Assembly (NCBI GenBank): GCA_030141605.1
Contig: JAQGDQ010001388.1
Coordinates: 1-43,170 of the forward strand
Direction: 5' to 3'
Length of the DNA: 43,170 nt
Source of the DNA: Tubiluchus corallicola
Lineage: Eukaryota > Animalia > Priapulida
Shown here one piece after another: positions 11,601-24,200 of the stretch. A model generated the notes under the pieces. That model was not told the origin of the DNA. It did no database searches and saw only the letters and a list, made by a program, of their open reading frames with translations. Within the stretch, counting starts at the first letter, position 1. Each line of letters begins with the position of its first letter. The position numbers were made by a program, and so were the translations under genes.

Positions 11601-14600
11601 AGTTTATTCATGTATTGAGGACACGTTTGACCATTGTATTGAGAACGAACGCAGCAGTGTTCATTATTTACCTGAGCAAATTATTCCTGTTGCATTTGCA
11701 CCACTTAAATCAATTGTTCCATCAATACACTGACATGTAAAACTTCCATCAGTATTTGAGCAGTTAGCAAGGACAGGATCACAGTCATGGGTAGGACTGG
11801 CGGCATCACATTCATCTATATCTGAATTAAATGAAACCGTAATGTTCAAAGTGTAATGTTCAACATTAATTATAGTTACTGCATATTTTGTTCTAAAGCA
11901 CCGAGTTATCCCAACTGTCACATGCAAAGTTTAATCTGGTTGTTAATTTATATGCAGTCATGGGTAGGACTGACGGCATCACATTCATTTATGTCTGAAT
12001 TAAACAAAACTGCAATGTTCAACAGTCATGTGTACAATTAGCAGCATGACATTAACGTATGTCTGAGTTAAACAAAATGGTACTGTTTAATATTGATTAT
12101 AGTTGCTGCATATTTCCTTTTTACACATAGAATTACCCTAAATGCTCATACTTATGAAGTTTGGTCTGGTAATCAATGTCTCTGTACAGTATGCATTTAG
12201 CAAGATTTATCATAAGCACTTTTGTGTCTTTACATAACGTTTCAGTAATTCTAACCTTAATTGTGTCTTTTGCTTCATTATCATTGTATTCACATGCTTA
12301 TAGATGACAAGAAAAGCGGTTACTTCACTTCGGCATAATTTCTGTTCGCATGTTAATACATGTTTATAAAATACATTATGTGGTCCAGTTTATTCATGTA
12401 TTGAGGACACGTTTGACCATTGTATTGTGAACGAAAGCAGCAGTGTTCATTATTTACCTGAGCAAATTATTCCTGTTGCACTTGAACCACTCAAATCAAT
12501 TGTTCCATCAATACACAGGCATGTAAAACTTCCATCAGTATTTGAGCAGTTAGCAAGGACAGGGTCACAGTCATGGGTAGGGCTGGTGGCATCACATTCA
12601 TCTATATCTGAATTAAATGAAACCGTGATGTTCAAAGTGTAATGTTCAACATTGATTATAGTTACTGCATATTTTGTTCTAAAGCACCGAGTTAACCTTA
12701 TTGTCACATGCAAAGTTTGATCTGCTTGTTAATCGAAACTTGAAAGACTTAATTTTGATCCCTAAAGGTATTATCCTTTGACTAGTAGTACTGATTCATA
12801 GTGTATAATTATGACACTTGTACATAATCCCTGTTCAGTATGCATTTATGATCACTTTTGTGAGTTTGCATCATGATTTTAGATAGGTCTAACATTTACC
12901 CGTGTTTTATTATCATTATCATTGTTCCAAAAAGTAAAAAAGGCTTTCGCCTCACTTTGGCATAATTTATTTGTACATATTTATAGTATACATTAAATGA
13001 TCTAGTTTATTTATGTATTGCAGATACACTTGATACTTGTTTTGGTAGAGATAACAACAGTGCTAATTTTTTACCTGAACAAATAGTTCCTGTAGCATTT
13101 GATCCTCTCACATCAATTGTTCCATCAATACACTGGCATGTAAAACTTCCATCAGTATTTGAGCAGTTAGCAAGGACAGGATCACAGTCATGGGTAGGAC
13201 TGGCGGCATCACATTCATTTATATCTGAATTGAACAAAACCGCAATGTTCAACAGTCATGTGTATAATTTGCAGCATAACATTAACATTAAACAAAATGA
13301 TAATGTTTAAAATTGATTATAGTTGCTGCATATTTCCTTTTTACACATAGAATTACCCTAAATTCACATACTTATGAAGTTTGGTCTGGTAATCAATGTC
13401 TCTGTACAGTATGCATTTAGCAAGATTTATCATAAGCACTTTTGTGTCTTTACATAACGTTTCAGTAATTCTAACCTTAACTGTGTCTTTTGAATCATTA
13501 TCATTGTATTCACACGCTTATAGATGACAAGAATAGAGGTTACTTCACTTGGGCATAATTTATATGCACATATTAATACATGTTTATGGAATACATTACG
13601 AGGTCCAGTTTATTCATGTATTGAGGACACATTTGACCATTGTATTGAGAACGAAAGCAGCAGTGTTCGTTATTTACCTGAGCAAATTATTCCTGTTGCA
13701 TTTGCACCACTTAAATCAATTGTTCCATCAATACACTGACATGTAAAACTTCCATCAGTATTTGAGCAGTTAGCAAGGACAGGATCACAGTCATGGGTAG
13801 GGCTGGTGGCATCACATTCATCTATATCTGAATTAAATGAAACCGTAATGTTCAAAGTGTAATGTTCAACATTAATTATAGTTACTGCATATTTTGTTCT
13901 AAAGCACGGAGTTATCCCAACTGTCACATGCAAAGTTTAATCTGGTTGTTAATTTATATGCAGTCATGGGTAGGACTGACGGCACCACATTCATTTATGT
14001 CTGAATTAAACAAAACTGCAATGTTCAACAGTCATGTGTACAATTAGCAGCATGACATTAACGTATGTCTGAGTTAAACAAAATGGTACTGTTTAATATT
14101 GATTATAGTTGCTGCATATTTCCTTTTTACACATTGAATTACCCTAAATTCACATACTTATGAAGTTTGGTCTGGTAATCAATGTCTCTGTACAGTATGC
14201 ATTTAGCAAGATTTATCATAAGCACTTTTGTGTCTTTACATAACGTTTCAGTAATTCTAACCTTAACTGTGTCTTTTGATTCATTATCATTGTATTCACA
14301 CGCTTACAGATGACAAGAAAAGCGGTTACTTCACTTGGGCATAATTTCTGTTCGCATGTTAATACATGTTTATAAAATACATTATGTGGTCCAGTTTATT
14401 CATGTATTGAGGACACGTTTGACCATTGTATTGAGAACGAACGCAGCAGTGTTCATTATTTACCTGAGCAAATTATTCCTGTTGCATTTGCACCACTTAA
14501 ATCAATTGTTCCATCAATACACTGACATGTAAAACTTCCATCAGTATTTGAGCAGTTAGCAAGGACAGGATCACAGTCATGGGTAGGACTGGCGGCATCA

Positions 14601-17600
14601 CATTCATCTATATCTGAATTAAATGAAACCGTAATGTTCAAAGTGTAATGTTCAACATTAATTATAGTTACTGCATATTTTGTTCTAAAGCACCGAGTTA
14701 TCCCAACTGTCACATGCAAAGTTTAATCTGGTTGTTAATTTATATGCAGTCATGGGTAGGACTGACGGCATCACATTCATTTATGTCTGAATTAAACAAA
14801 ACCGCAATGTTCAACAGTCATGTGTACAATTAGCAGCATGACATTAACGTATGTCTGAGTTAAACAAAATGGTACTGTTTAATATTGATTATAGTTGCTG
14901 CATATTTCCTTTTTACACATAGAATTACCCTAAATTCTCATACTTATGAAGTTTGGTCTGGTAATCAATGTCTCTGTACAGTATGCATTTAGCAAGATTT
15001 ATCATAAGCACTTTTGTGTCTTTACATAATGTTTCAGTAATTCTAACCTTAATTGTGTCTTTTGATTCATTATCATTGTATTCACACGCTTATAGATGAC
15101 AAGAAAAGCGGCTACTTCACTTGGGCATAATTTCTGTTCGCATGTTAATACATGTTTATAAAATACATTATGTGGTCCAGTTTATTCATGTATTGAGGAC
15201 ACGTTTGACCATTGTATTGTGAACGAAAGCAGCAGTGTTCATTATTTACCTGAGCAAATTATTCCTGTTGCACTTGAACCACTCAAATCAATTGTTCCAT
15301 CAATACACAGGCATGTAAAACTTCCATCAGTATTTGAGCAGTTAGCAAGGACAGGATCACAGTCATGGGTAGGACTGGCGGCATCACATTCATTTATATC
15401 TGAATTGAACAAAACCGCAATGTTCAACAGTCATGTGTATAATTTGCAGCATAACATTAACATTAAACAAAATGATAATGTTTAAAATTGATTATAGTTG
15501 CTGCATATTTTGTTCTAAAGCACCGAGTTAACCTTATTGTCACATGCAAAGTTTGATCTGCTTGTTAATCGAAACTTGAAAGACTTAATTTTGATCCCTA
15601 AAGGTATTATCCTTTGACTAGTAGTACTGATTCATAGTGTATAATTATGACACTTGTACATAATCCCTGTTCAGTATGCATTTATGATCACTTTTGTGAG
15701 TTTGCATCATGATTTTAGATAGGTCTAACATTTACCCGTGTTTTATTATCATTATCATTGTTCCAAAAAGTAAAAAAGGCTTTCGCCTCACTTTGGCATA
15801 ATTTATTTGTACATATTTATAGTATACATTAAATGATCTAGTTTATTTATGTATTGCAGATACACTTGATACTTGTTTTGGTAGAGATAACAACAGTGCT
15901 AATTTTTTACCTGAACAAATAGTTCCTGTAGCATTTGATCCTCTCACATCAATTGTTCCGTCAATACACTGGCATGTAAAACTTCCATCAGTATTTGAGC
16001 AGTTAGCAAGGACAGGATCACAGTCATGGGTAGGACTGGCGGCATCACATTCATTTATATCTGAATTGAACAAAACCGCAATGTTCAACAGTCATGTGTA
16101 TAATTTGCAGCATAACATTAACATTAAACAAAATGATAATGTTTAAAATTGATTATAGTTGCTGCATATTTCCTTTTTACACATAGAATTACCCTAAATT
16201 CACATACTTATGAAGTTTGGTCTGGTAATCAATGTCTCTGTACAGTATGCATTTAGCAAGATTTATCATAACCACTTTTGTGTCTTTACATAACGTTTCA
16301 GTAATTCTAACCTGTACTGTGTTTTTTATTCATTATCATTGTATTCACATGCTGACAGACGACAAGAGAAGCGGTTTTTTCACTTAGGCATAATTTCTGT
16401 TCGCATGTTAATACTTGTTTATAGAATACATTACATGGTTCTGTTTATTCATGTACTGAAGACACGTTTGACATTTGTATTTTGAATGAACGCAGCAGTC
16501 TGATCCAGTTATCAACCAAAACATGAATTGATTTTTTACTGCTTCATCTTTTGACAGGTAGTATTGAATCATAGTATATAATCATGAGTATGCATTTATC
16601 AAGGTTTTCTATGATCACATTTGTGTCTTTGCATGAAATTTCAGGTAATTCGTTAATGTTTTTTGTTGACCATCAGCTCTTTCCTAACAGTAAACGTGTA
16701 AAAGATCAGATTTATTCATGTATTTTATATATCTTTGACATTTTTGTTTAAAATAGTAATAAAATTGCTTATTTTTACCTGAGCAAATAGTTCCTGTAGC
16801 ATTTGGTCCACTCACATCCATTGTTCCATCAAAACACTGACAAGAAAAACTTCCATCAGTGTTTGTGCAGTTGGCGAGGACTGGGTCACAGTCATGTACT
16901 GGGTTACTTGCATCACATTCGTTCACATCTGCAAGATGAAATTTGTCAAAATACCATTAAATAATAACGTATTACCCACGTTTCACGTTTTACTGTTAAT
17001 CTTTGCAAACTGTTTTGTGAAACTGTTTACCTGTACGTCTTACCTGAGCAAAGTGTTCCTGTAGCATTTTGTCCACTCACATCAATTGTCCCATCAATAC
17101 ATTGACATGTAAAACTTCCATCAGTATTTGTGCAGTTTGCAAGTGTTGGATCACAGTCATGAATTCGATTATTTGCATCACATTCATTAACATCTGTAAG
17201 GAAAGATTTTCAATGTATATCATCAATTGCAAGATGCTAATTAGCTATGTTAAAGCTAATTGTGTAGGTTTAGTTTTTACCTGAGCATATAGTTCCTGTA
17301 CCATTTGGTCCACTCACAGCTAATCTTCCTTCAGGACACTGACAAGTGAAACTTCCGTCAGTATTAGTGCAGTTAGCAAAGATTGGATCACAGTCATGAA
17401 TGGGATTATTTGCATCACATTCATTAACATCTGTAAAAAAACAGCATTCAGTTATCTCGAATTATAAGTCTTTAATTTGCAACGAAGCATAATCTTTTAA
17501 AATTAACTGTTAGCTGCATTTTTACCTGAGCAAATAGTCCCTGTAGCATTTGCTCCACTCATGTCAATTGTTCCATCAATACACTGACAAGAAAAACTTC

Positions 17601-18298
17601 CACCAGTGTTTGTGCAATTAGCAAGCTGAGGGTCACAGTCATGTGTTAGATTAGTAGCATCACATTCATTTATATCTAGATTGAACAAAATAAAACTCAT
17701 CATTTATTACAACTGTCGCATACATTGTTTTTTATACAAAATAACAACAGTTATCACGTATTTACAAAATTTGTTGCTCTTATGTCAATCAAATCTGGCA
17801 GAGTTTATTAGAAATGCTGAAAGCTTCATAAACTTGCAAAACATTCTTATGTTGTCAACCAAAATTTCGACGAGGTTATTTAAAGAGAAATTTTTGCAGG
17901 GCTTTAGCTAGTGGTATAAATAGTATAAAATGTGAATGAGCTGCACCTAGCTGTTATAAAATACATTATTTTGTGACTGACCACCTTTAGTTTACCTGGC
18001 TAAGTTTACCTTTGATCATCTGTAATCTTATAATTAACCTGCAGAGCGACGAAACTCTTAAATATTTTAATTTTTGGCCTTGTACATAAACAACTGAAAT
18101 ATGCGCCTATTTTGTGTCTATATCTGCACATATTTCAATAATAAACTTCTTTAAAACTTCTCTTATACAGGTACCAGAATTGTATACAGGTTTTAATTGA
18201 TACTGCCAACTTAAAGCATTTATGTTTTACCTGAACAACTGGTTCCTTGGCCATTTGCTCCACTCACATCAATGGTTCCTTCAATACATTGACATGTG
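8663..18298 (-). CDS. cbEGF exon array left of the gap (14 complete 150-nt exons + 1 partial)
   Basis: Phase 1-1 exons: 8663-8812, 10100-10249, 10886-11035, 11672-11821, 12458-12607, 13075-13224, 13678-13827, 14464-14613, 15250-15399, 15911-16060, 16779-16928, 17044-17193, 17281-17430, 17526-17675, and partial 18231-18298. Motif D[IV][DN]EC...C.NT.GSF.C.C is the Ca-binding EGF consensus. Confidence 0.93.
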
Positions 18299-21200
18299 NN
18301 NNNNNNNNNNNNNNNNNNNNNNNNNNNNNNNNNNNNNNNNNNNNNNNNNNNNNNNNNNNNNNNNNNNNNNNNNNNNNNNNNNNNNNNNNNNNNNNNNNCC
18401 GAGTTAACCTTATTGTCACATGCAAAGTTTGATCTGCTTGTTAATCGAAACTTGAAAGACTTAATTTTGATCCCTAAAGGTATTATCCTTTGACTAGTAG
18501 TACTGATTCATAGTGTATAATTATGACACTTGTACATAATCCCTGTTCAGTATGCATTTATGATCACTTTTGTGAGTTTGCATCATGATTTTAGATAGGT
18601 CTAACATTTACCCGTGTTTTATTATCATTATCATTGTTCCAAAAAGTAAAAAAGGCTTTCGCCTCACTTTGGCATAATTTATTTGTACATATTTATAGTA
18701 TACATTAAATGATCTAGTTTATTTATGTATTGCAGATACACTTGATACTTGTTTTGGTAGAGATAACAACAGTGCTAATTTTTTACCTGAACAAATAGTT
18801 CCTGTAGCATTTGATCCTCTCACATCAATTGTTCCATCAATACACTGGCATGTAAAACTTCCATCAGTATTTGAGCAGTTAGCAAGGACAGGATCACAGT
18901 CATGGGTAGGACTGGCGGCATCACATTCATTTATATCTGAATTGAACAAAACCGCAATGTTCAACAGTCATGTGTATAATTTGCAGCATAACATTAACAT
19001 TAAACAAAATGGTACTGTTTAATATTGATTATAGTTGCTGCATATTTCCTTTTTACACATAGAATTACCCTAAATTCACATACTTATGAAGTTTGGTCTG
19101 GTAATCAATGTCTCTGTACAGTATGCATTTAGCAAGATTTATCATAACCACTTTTGTGTCTTTACATAACGTTTCAGTAATTCTAACCTGTACTGTGTTT
19201 TTTTATTCATTATCATTGTATTCACATGCTGACAGACGACAAGAGAAGCGGTTTTTTCACTTAGGCATAATTTCTGTTCGCATGTTAATACTTGTTTATA
19301 GAATACATTACATGGTTCTGTTTATTCATGTACTGAAGACACGTTTGACATTTGTATTTTGAATGAACGCAGCAGTCTGATCCAGTTATCAACCAAAACA
19401 TGAATTGATTTTTTACTGCTTCATCTTTTGACAGGTAGTATTGAATCATAGTATATAATCATGAGTATGCATTTATCAAGGTTTTCTATGATCACATTTG
19501 TGTCTTTGCATGAAATTTCAGGTAATTCGTTAATGTTTTTTGTTGACCATCAGCTCTTTCCTAACAGTAAACGTGTAAAAGATCAGATTTATTCATGTAT
19601 TTTATATATCTTTGACATTTTTGTTTAAAATAGTAATAAAATTGCTTATTTTTACCTGAGCAAATAGTTCCTGTAGCATTTGGTCCACTCACATCCATTG
19701 TTCCATCAAAACACTGACAAGAAAAACTTCCATCAGTGTTTGTGCAGTTGGCGAGGACTGGGTCACAGTCATGTACTGGGTTACTTGCATCACATTCGTT
19801 CACATCTGCAAGATGAAATTTGTCAAAATACCATTAAATAATAACGTATTACCCACGTTTCACGTTTTATTGTTAATCTTTGCAAACTGTTTTGTGAAAC
19901 TGTTTACCTGTACGTCTTACCTGAGCAAAGTGTTCCTGTAGCATTTTGTCCACTCACATCAATTGTCCCATCAATACATTGACATGTAAAACTTCCATCA
20001 GTATTTGTGCAGTTTGCAAGTGTTGGATCACAGTCATGAATTCGATTATTTGCATCACATTCATTAACATCTGTAAGGAAAGATTTTCAATGTATATCAT
20101 CAATTGCAAGATGCTAATTAGCTATGTTAAAGCTAATTGTGTAGGTTTAGTTTTTACCTGAGCATATAGTTCCTGTACCATTTGGTCCACTCACAGCTAA
20201 TCTTCCTTCAGGACACTGACAAGTGAAACTTCCGTCAGTATTAGTGCAGTTAGCAAAGATTGGATCACAGTCATGAATGGGATTATTTGCATCACATTCA
20301 TTAACATCTGTAAAAAACAGTATTCAGTTATCTCGAATTATAAGTCTTTAATTTGCAACGAAGCATAATCTTTTAAAATTAACTGTTAGCTGCATTTTAC
20401 CTGAGCAAATAGTCCCTGTAGCATTTGCTCCACTCATGTCAATTGTTCCATCAATACACTGACAAGAAAAACTTCCACCAGTGTTTGTGCAATTAGCAAG
20501 CTGAGGGTCACAGTTATGTGTTAGAATAGTAGCATCACATTCATTTATATCTAGATTGAACAAAATAAAACTCATCATTTATTACAACTGTCGCATACAT
20601 TGTTTTTTATACAAAATAACAACAGTTATCACGTATTTACAAAATTTGTTGCTCTTATGTCAATCAAATCTGGCAGAGTTTATTAGAAATGCTGAAAGCT
20701 TCATAAACTTGCAAAACATTCTTATGTTGTCAACCAAAATTTCGACGAGGTTATTTAAAGAGAAATTTTTGCAGGGCTTTAGCTAGTGGTATAAATAGTA
20801 TAAAATGTGAATGAGCTGCACCTAGCTGTTATAAAATACATTATTTTGTGACTGACCACCTTTAGTTTACCTGGTTAAGTTTACCTTTGATCATCTGTAA
20901 TCTTATAATTAACCTGCAGAGCGATGAAACTCTTAAATATTTTAATTTTTGGCCTTGTACATAAACAACTGAAATATGCGCCTATTTTGTGTCTATATCT
21001 GCACATATTTCAATAATAAACTTCTTTAAAACTTCTCTTATACAGGTACCAGAATTGTATACAGGTTTTAATTGATACTGCCAACTTAAAGCATTTATGT
21101 TTTACCTGAACAACTGGTTCCTTGGCCAATTGCTCCACTCACATCAATGGTTCCTTCAATACATTGACATGTGAAACTTCCATAAGTATTTGAGCAGTTT

Positions 21201-24200
21201 GCAAGGATTGGATCACAGTTGTGGGTTCCAGTAGCACATTCATCTGTATCTGAATTTATTAAATTAGTGTTAATTTTAGCATAGTCCATGTAAGCCTTTA
21301 CCAAGATTTTATGAAAGACAGGTCATATAGTTTGTTTCCATGAAAGATCGTGTGTTTCCTCAAGGTTTGCATATGTTTTTGCAAGTAGCATTACTGTTAG
21401 TTTTGCATTATTATTATTCTAATCTTTTGTCTGTTAAATTTTATGCTGAAAGTTGAACAACACTGTGACTACATATATATTGGGTGGATGACCTTTTATT
21501 TTTTTGTACGTGACTATTTCTGTACTGTTATATTTTCTGTATTGTTTTGTACAGTTTTACTGATATATAACTGTTATACATGCTATCATTATGCTTTTTT
21601 AGATTCGCCTGTGGCTTGAAACTACATCTTATCATTGAGTAAAAATAATGCCCTGCGACTAAGAAATTTGTTAGCTTGTTTTATTCATGAGTCCACCCAT
21701 ACACACAACACTGATCATGTTGTCAACCAAAATTTCAATGAGATTCTTCAACGAGAAATTATGGCGGGCTTTGGCTAGTGGTTTAATTATTACAAAATGA
21801 CTGTAATCGACGTTATTTTGCGATTGAGCATGTTTTAAAAAAGCTTGTTAAGTTTACCTTTGATCATCTGTAACCTTATAGTTAACCTGCGCAGTGACGA
21901 AACTCTTAAATGCTTTAAATGTTTGGCCTAGCACATGGACAACTGCAATATGGGCCTAATTTTTGTCTATATCTGCACATATTTCAATAATAAACTTCTT
22001 AAAAACTTCTCTTATACATACGTTACATCATCCAACCTTGTAGGTACCAGAATTGTATACAGGTTTTAATTGATGCCGCCAGCTTAAAGCATTTATTTTT
22101 TACCTGAACAACTGGTTCCTTGGCCATTTGCTCCACTCACATCATTGGTTCCTTCAATACATTGACATGTGAAGCTTCCATCAGTATTTGAGCAGTTTGC
22201 AAGGAATGGATCACAGTTGTGTGCTCCAGTAGCACATTCATCTGCATCCGAATTTATTAAATTAGTGTTAATTTTAGCATAGTCCATGTAAGCCTTTACC
22301 AATATTTCATGATAGATCTGTATCTAATAGGTATTATTAATTTTAGCACGGTTCATATAAGCCTACCAAGTTTTCATGATGTTGACTTAGTACTACCAAC
22401 AATACTAGTCCACTACGTATAACAAGAACCCCAGCTTCCATCCAATAAAATTTAATCAAGAACTCGAAAACTGTTGCCCTGTAGCTACTGTGATTAAATA
22501 GTTTTTCAAAATAAAAGACAATAAATATTGTTTGAATTAAATTTGAAAATAAAGTGCAGATAATTTTTTAATATATATGCTGTTTGGTGCAACTCGAACA
22601 GTTGATTAAAATTATTAATTTTTACTTGCACATTCATATTTGTATCTATATTATAAGTTTCTATATCCATGACGATATTCACATTCTTATTCTTAATTCA
22701 TGCATGTAATTCACATTTGGTCACCTATCTCAGGTGTTATTATAGAAAATACTGATCAACTGTTCACTTACATTTTGAATAACAAATTAAGCCAAAACCA
22801 AACTATGTCAACTGTATTTCATGATTATTTTCTTTGGGCCTATAGATAAGCTTTCTAGTTGTTGCAGATATATTCAAGTTTTGTTTAAGTAATTAAGTTT
22901 TGTTTAATCATATTCTTTGACAAAATCGCGTTTATTTTAGTGATCACTGCTGCAGTTGAATATTGCATGCTTATCTACTGGAAATAATTGTTATTATGAA
23001 TGTGGTACATACCAGAGTCAGATACATAAGAAATTTCACATACTGATGGGGACGTGTAGTCGCAATTATAGGTATAGTGTTTATAGGGTTCTACATAAAT
23101 AACACAAAATTCCACCTGAAAAAGATGAAGATGGAAGCAGTTTAATAATTATAGAAAGGATCAATATTAAAATTGTGGGGCAGACCAAGATAGCAAAATG
23201 TTTTAATTTCGATTTGCTGAGTGATAATTAGCGTTAATTAGAATATGATAATAGCGACAGAATAAAAATGATTCAGTTAATGAATCTAACAACAATTTGG
23301 CAAAAACGAACAGAAAAATAGTCCCGGTAACAAACAAATTTGCCTGTAACGTGGGTTTAGGCACAATTGATAATCCCTAAAGAATCACAAAAATTAATGA
23401 AATTGATACATGTGAATTACCCGAGAAACTTGTTGAAGTAGTTCACTTTTCCAAAGTGAATAACCCAGCCATTCAAATGTGTAATGGCCCTTTGAGGTCC
23501 AACCATTGAAAACTGAAACTATCTGTCCATCTGGTGTCTCATAGTTTCCGGTTCCAATTTTGAGCCTTGGTGAAAGCCAGACATTACCATGATTCCTTTA
23601 AAGCAGAAATGTTTAACAAATGGAAACTGAACTGATTTATATAAGTGATTTATTGCAACAAAAGTGAGCATTTTCTCCAATGGGCTATTTCATTGACAGC
23701 AAGCAACAAATAAACTGTTACCTATAGTGTATTACCTAAATATGCTACAAACTGAGGCTTAACAGCTGCTCGTAACGACAGAGGACTGTCAGTTGCTATT
23801 AATGATTGAAGAGTACAGTAGCTGTTGCTAATTGTGAAACATTAAATGTTTCTATTTAAGAAATGCCTCAAATGTGGCACCTTGTATGCCATTCACCAGT
23901 TAATGCTTCCTGCTGCCTCAATGGTGATGACACTAGTTGTCAACAACTGCTTATTCAGGATTATCAGCAGTATCGTCAATATCATCACCACCACCATCGT
24001 CATCATTAACATCAGCAATTGCTAACTTCGAAATCGCCATCATCTTGATTCCAAATTCGCAGCTTGCACAACGATGCAGAATGTATACTTACAGCCCCAT
24101 GAAATTATTATTGTCGTAGTCATAGTAATCACGGAGATTGAACATGCTTAAAAGGGCAATGGTATCCTGGGGTGATGTCACTTCCAAGAGTCTCCGTGGA

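Noticed and set aside
9946-20786. Repeated plus-strand ORFs (MTRIAVTS..., MFNINYSY..., MNKIKLII...)
   Set aside because: They are antisense or intronic shadows that recur only because the exon-intron unit is tandemly duplicated.
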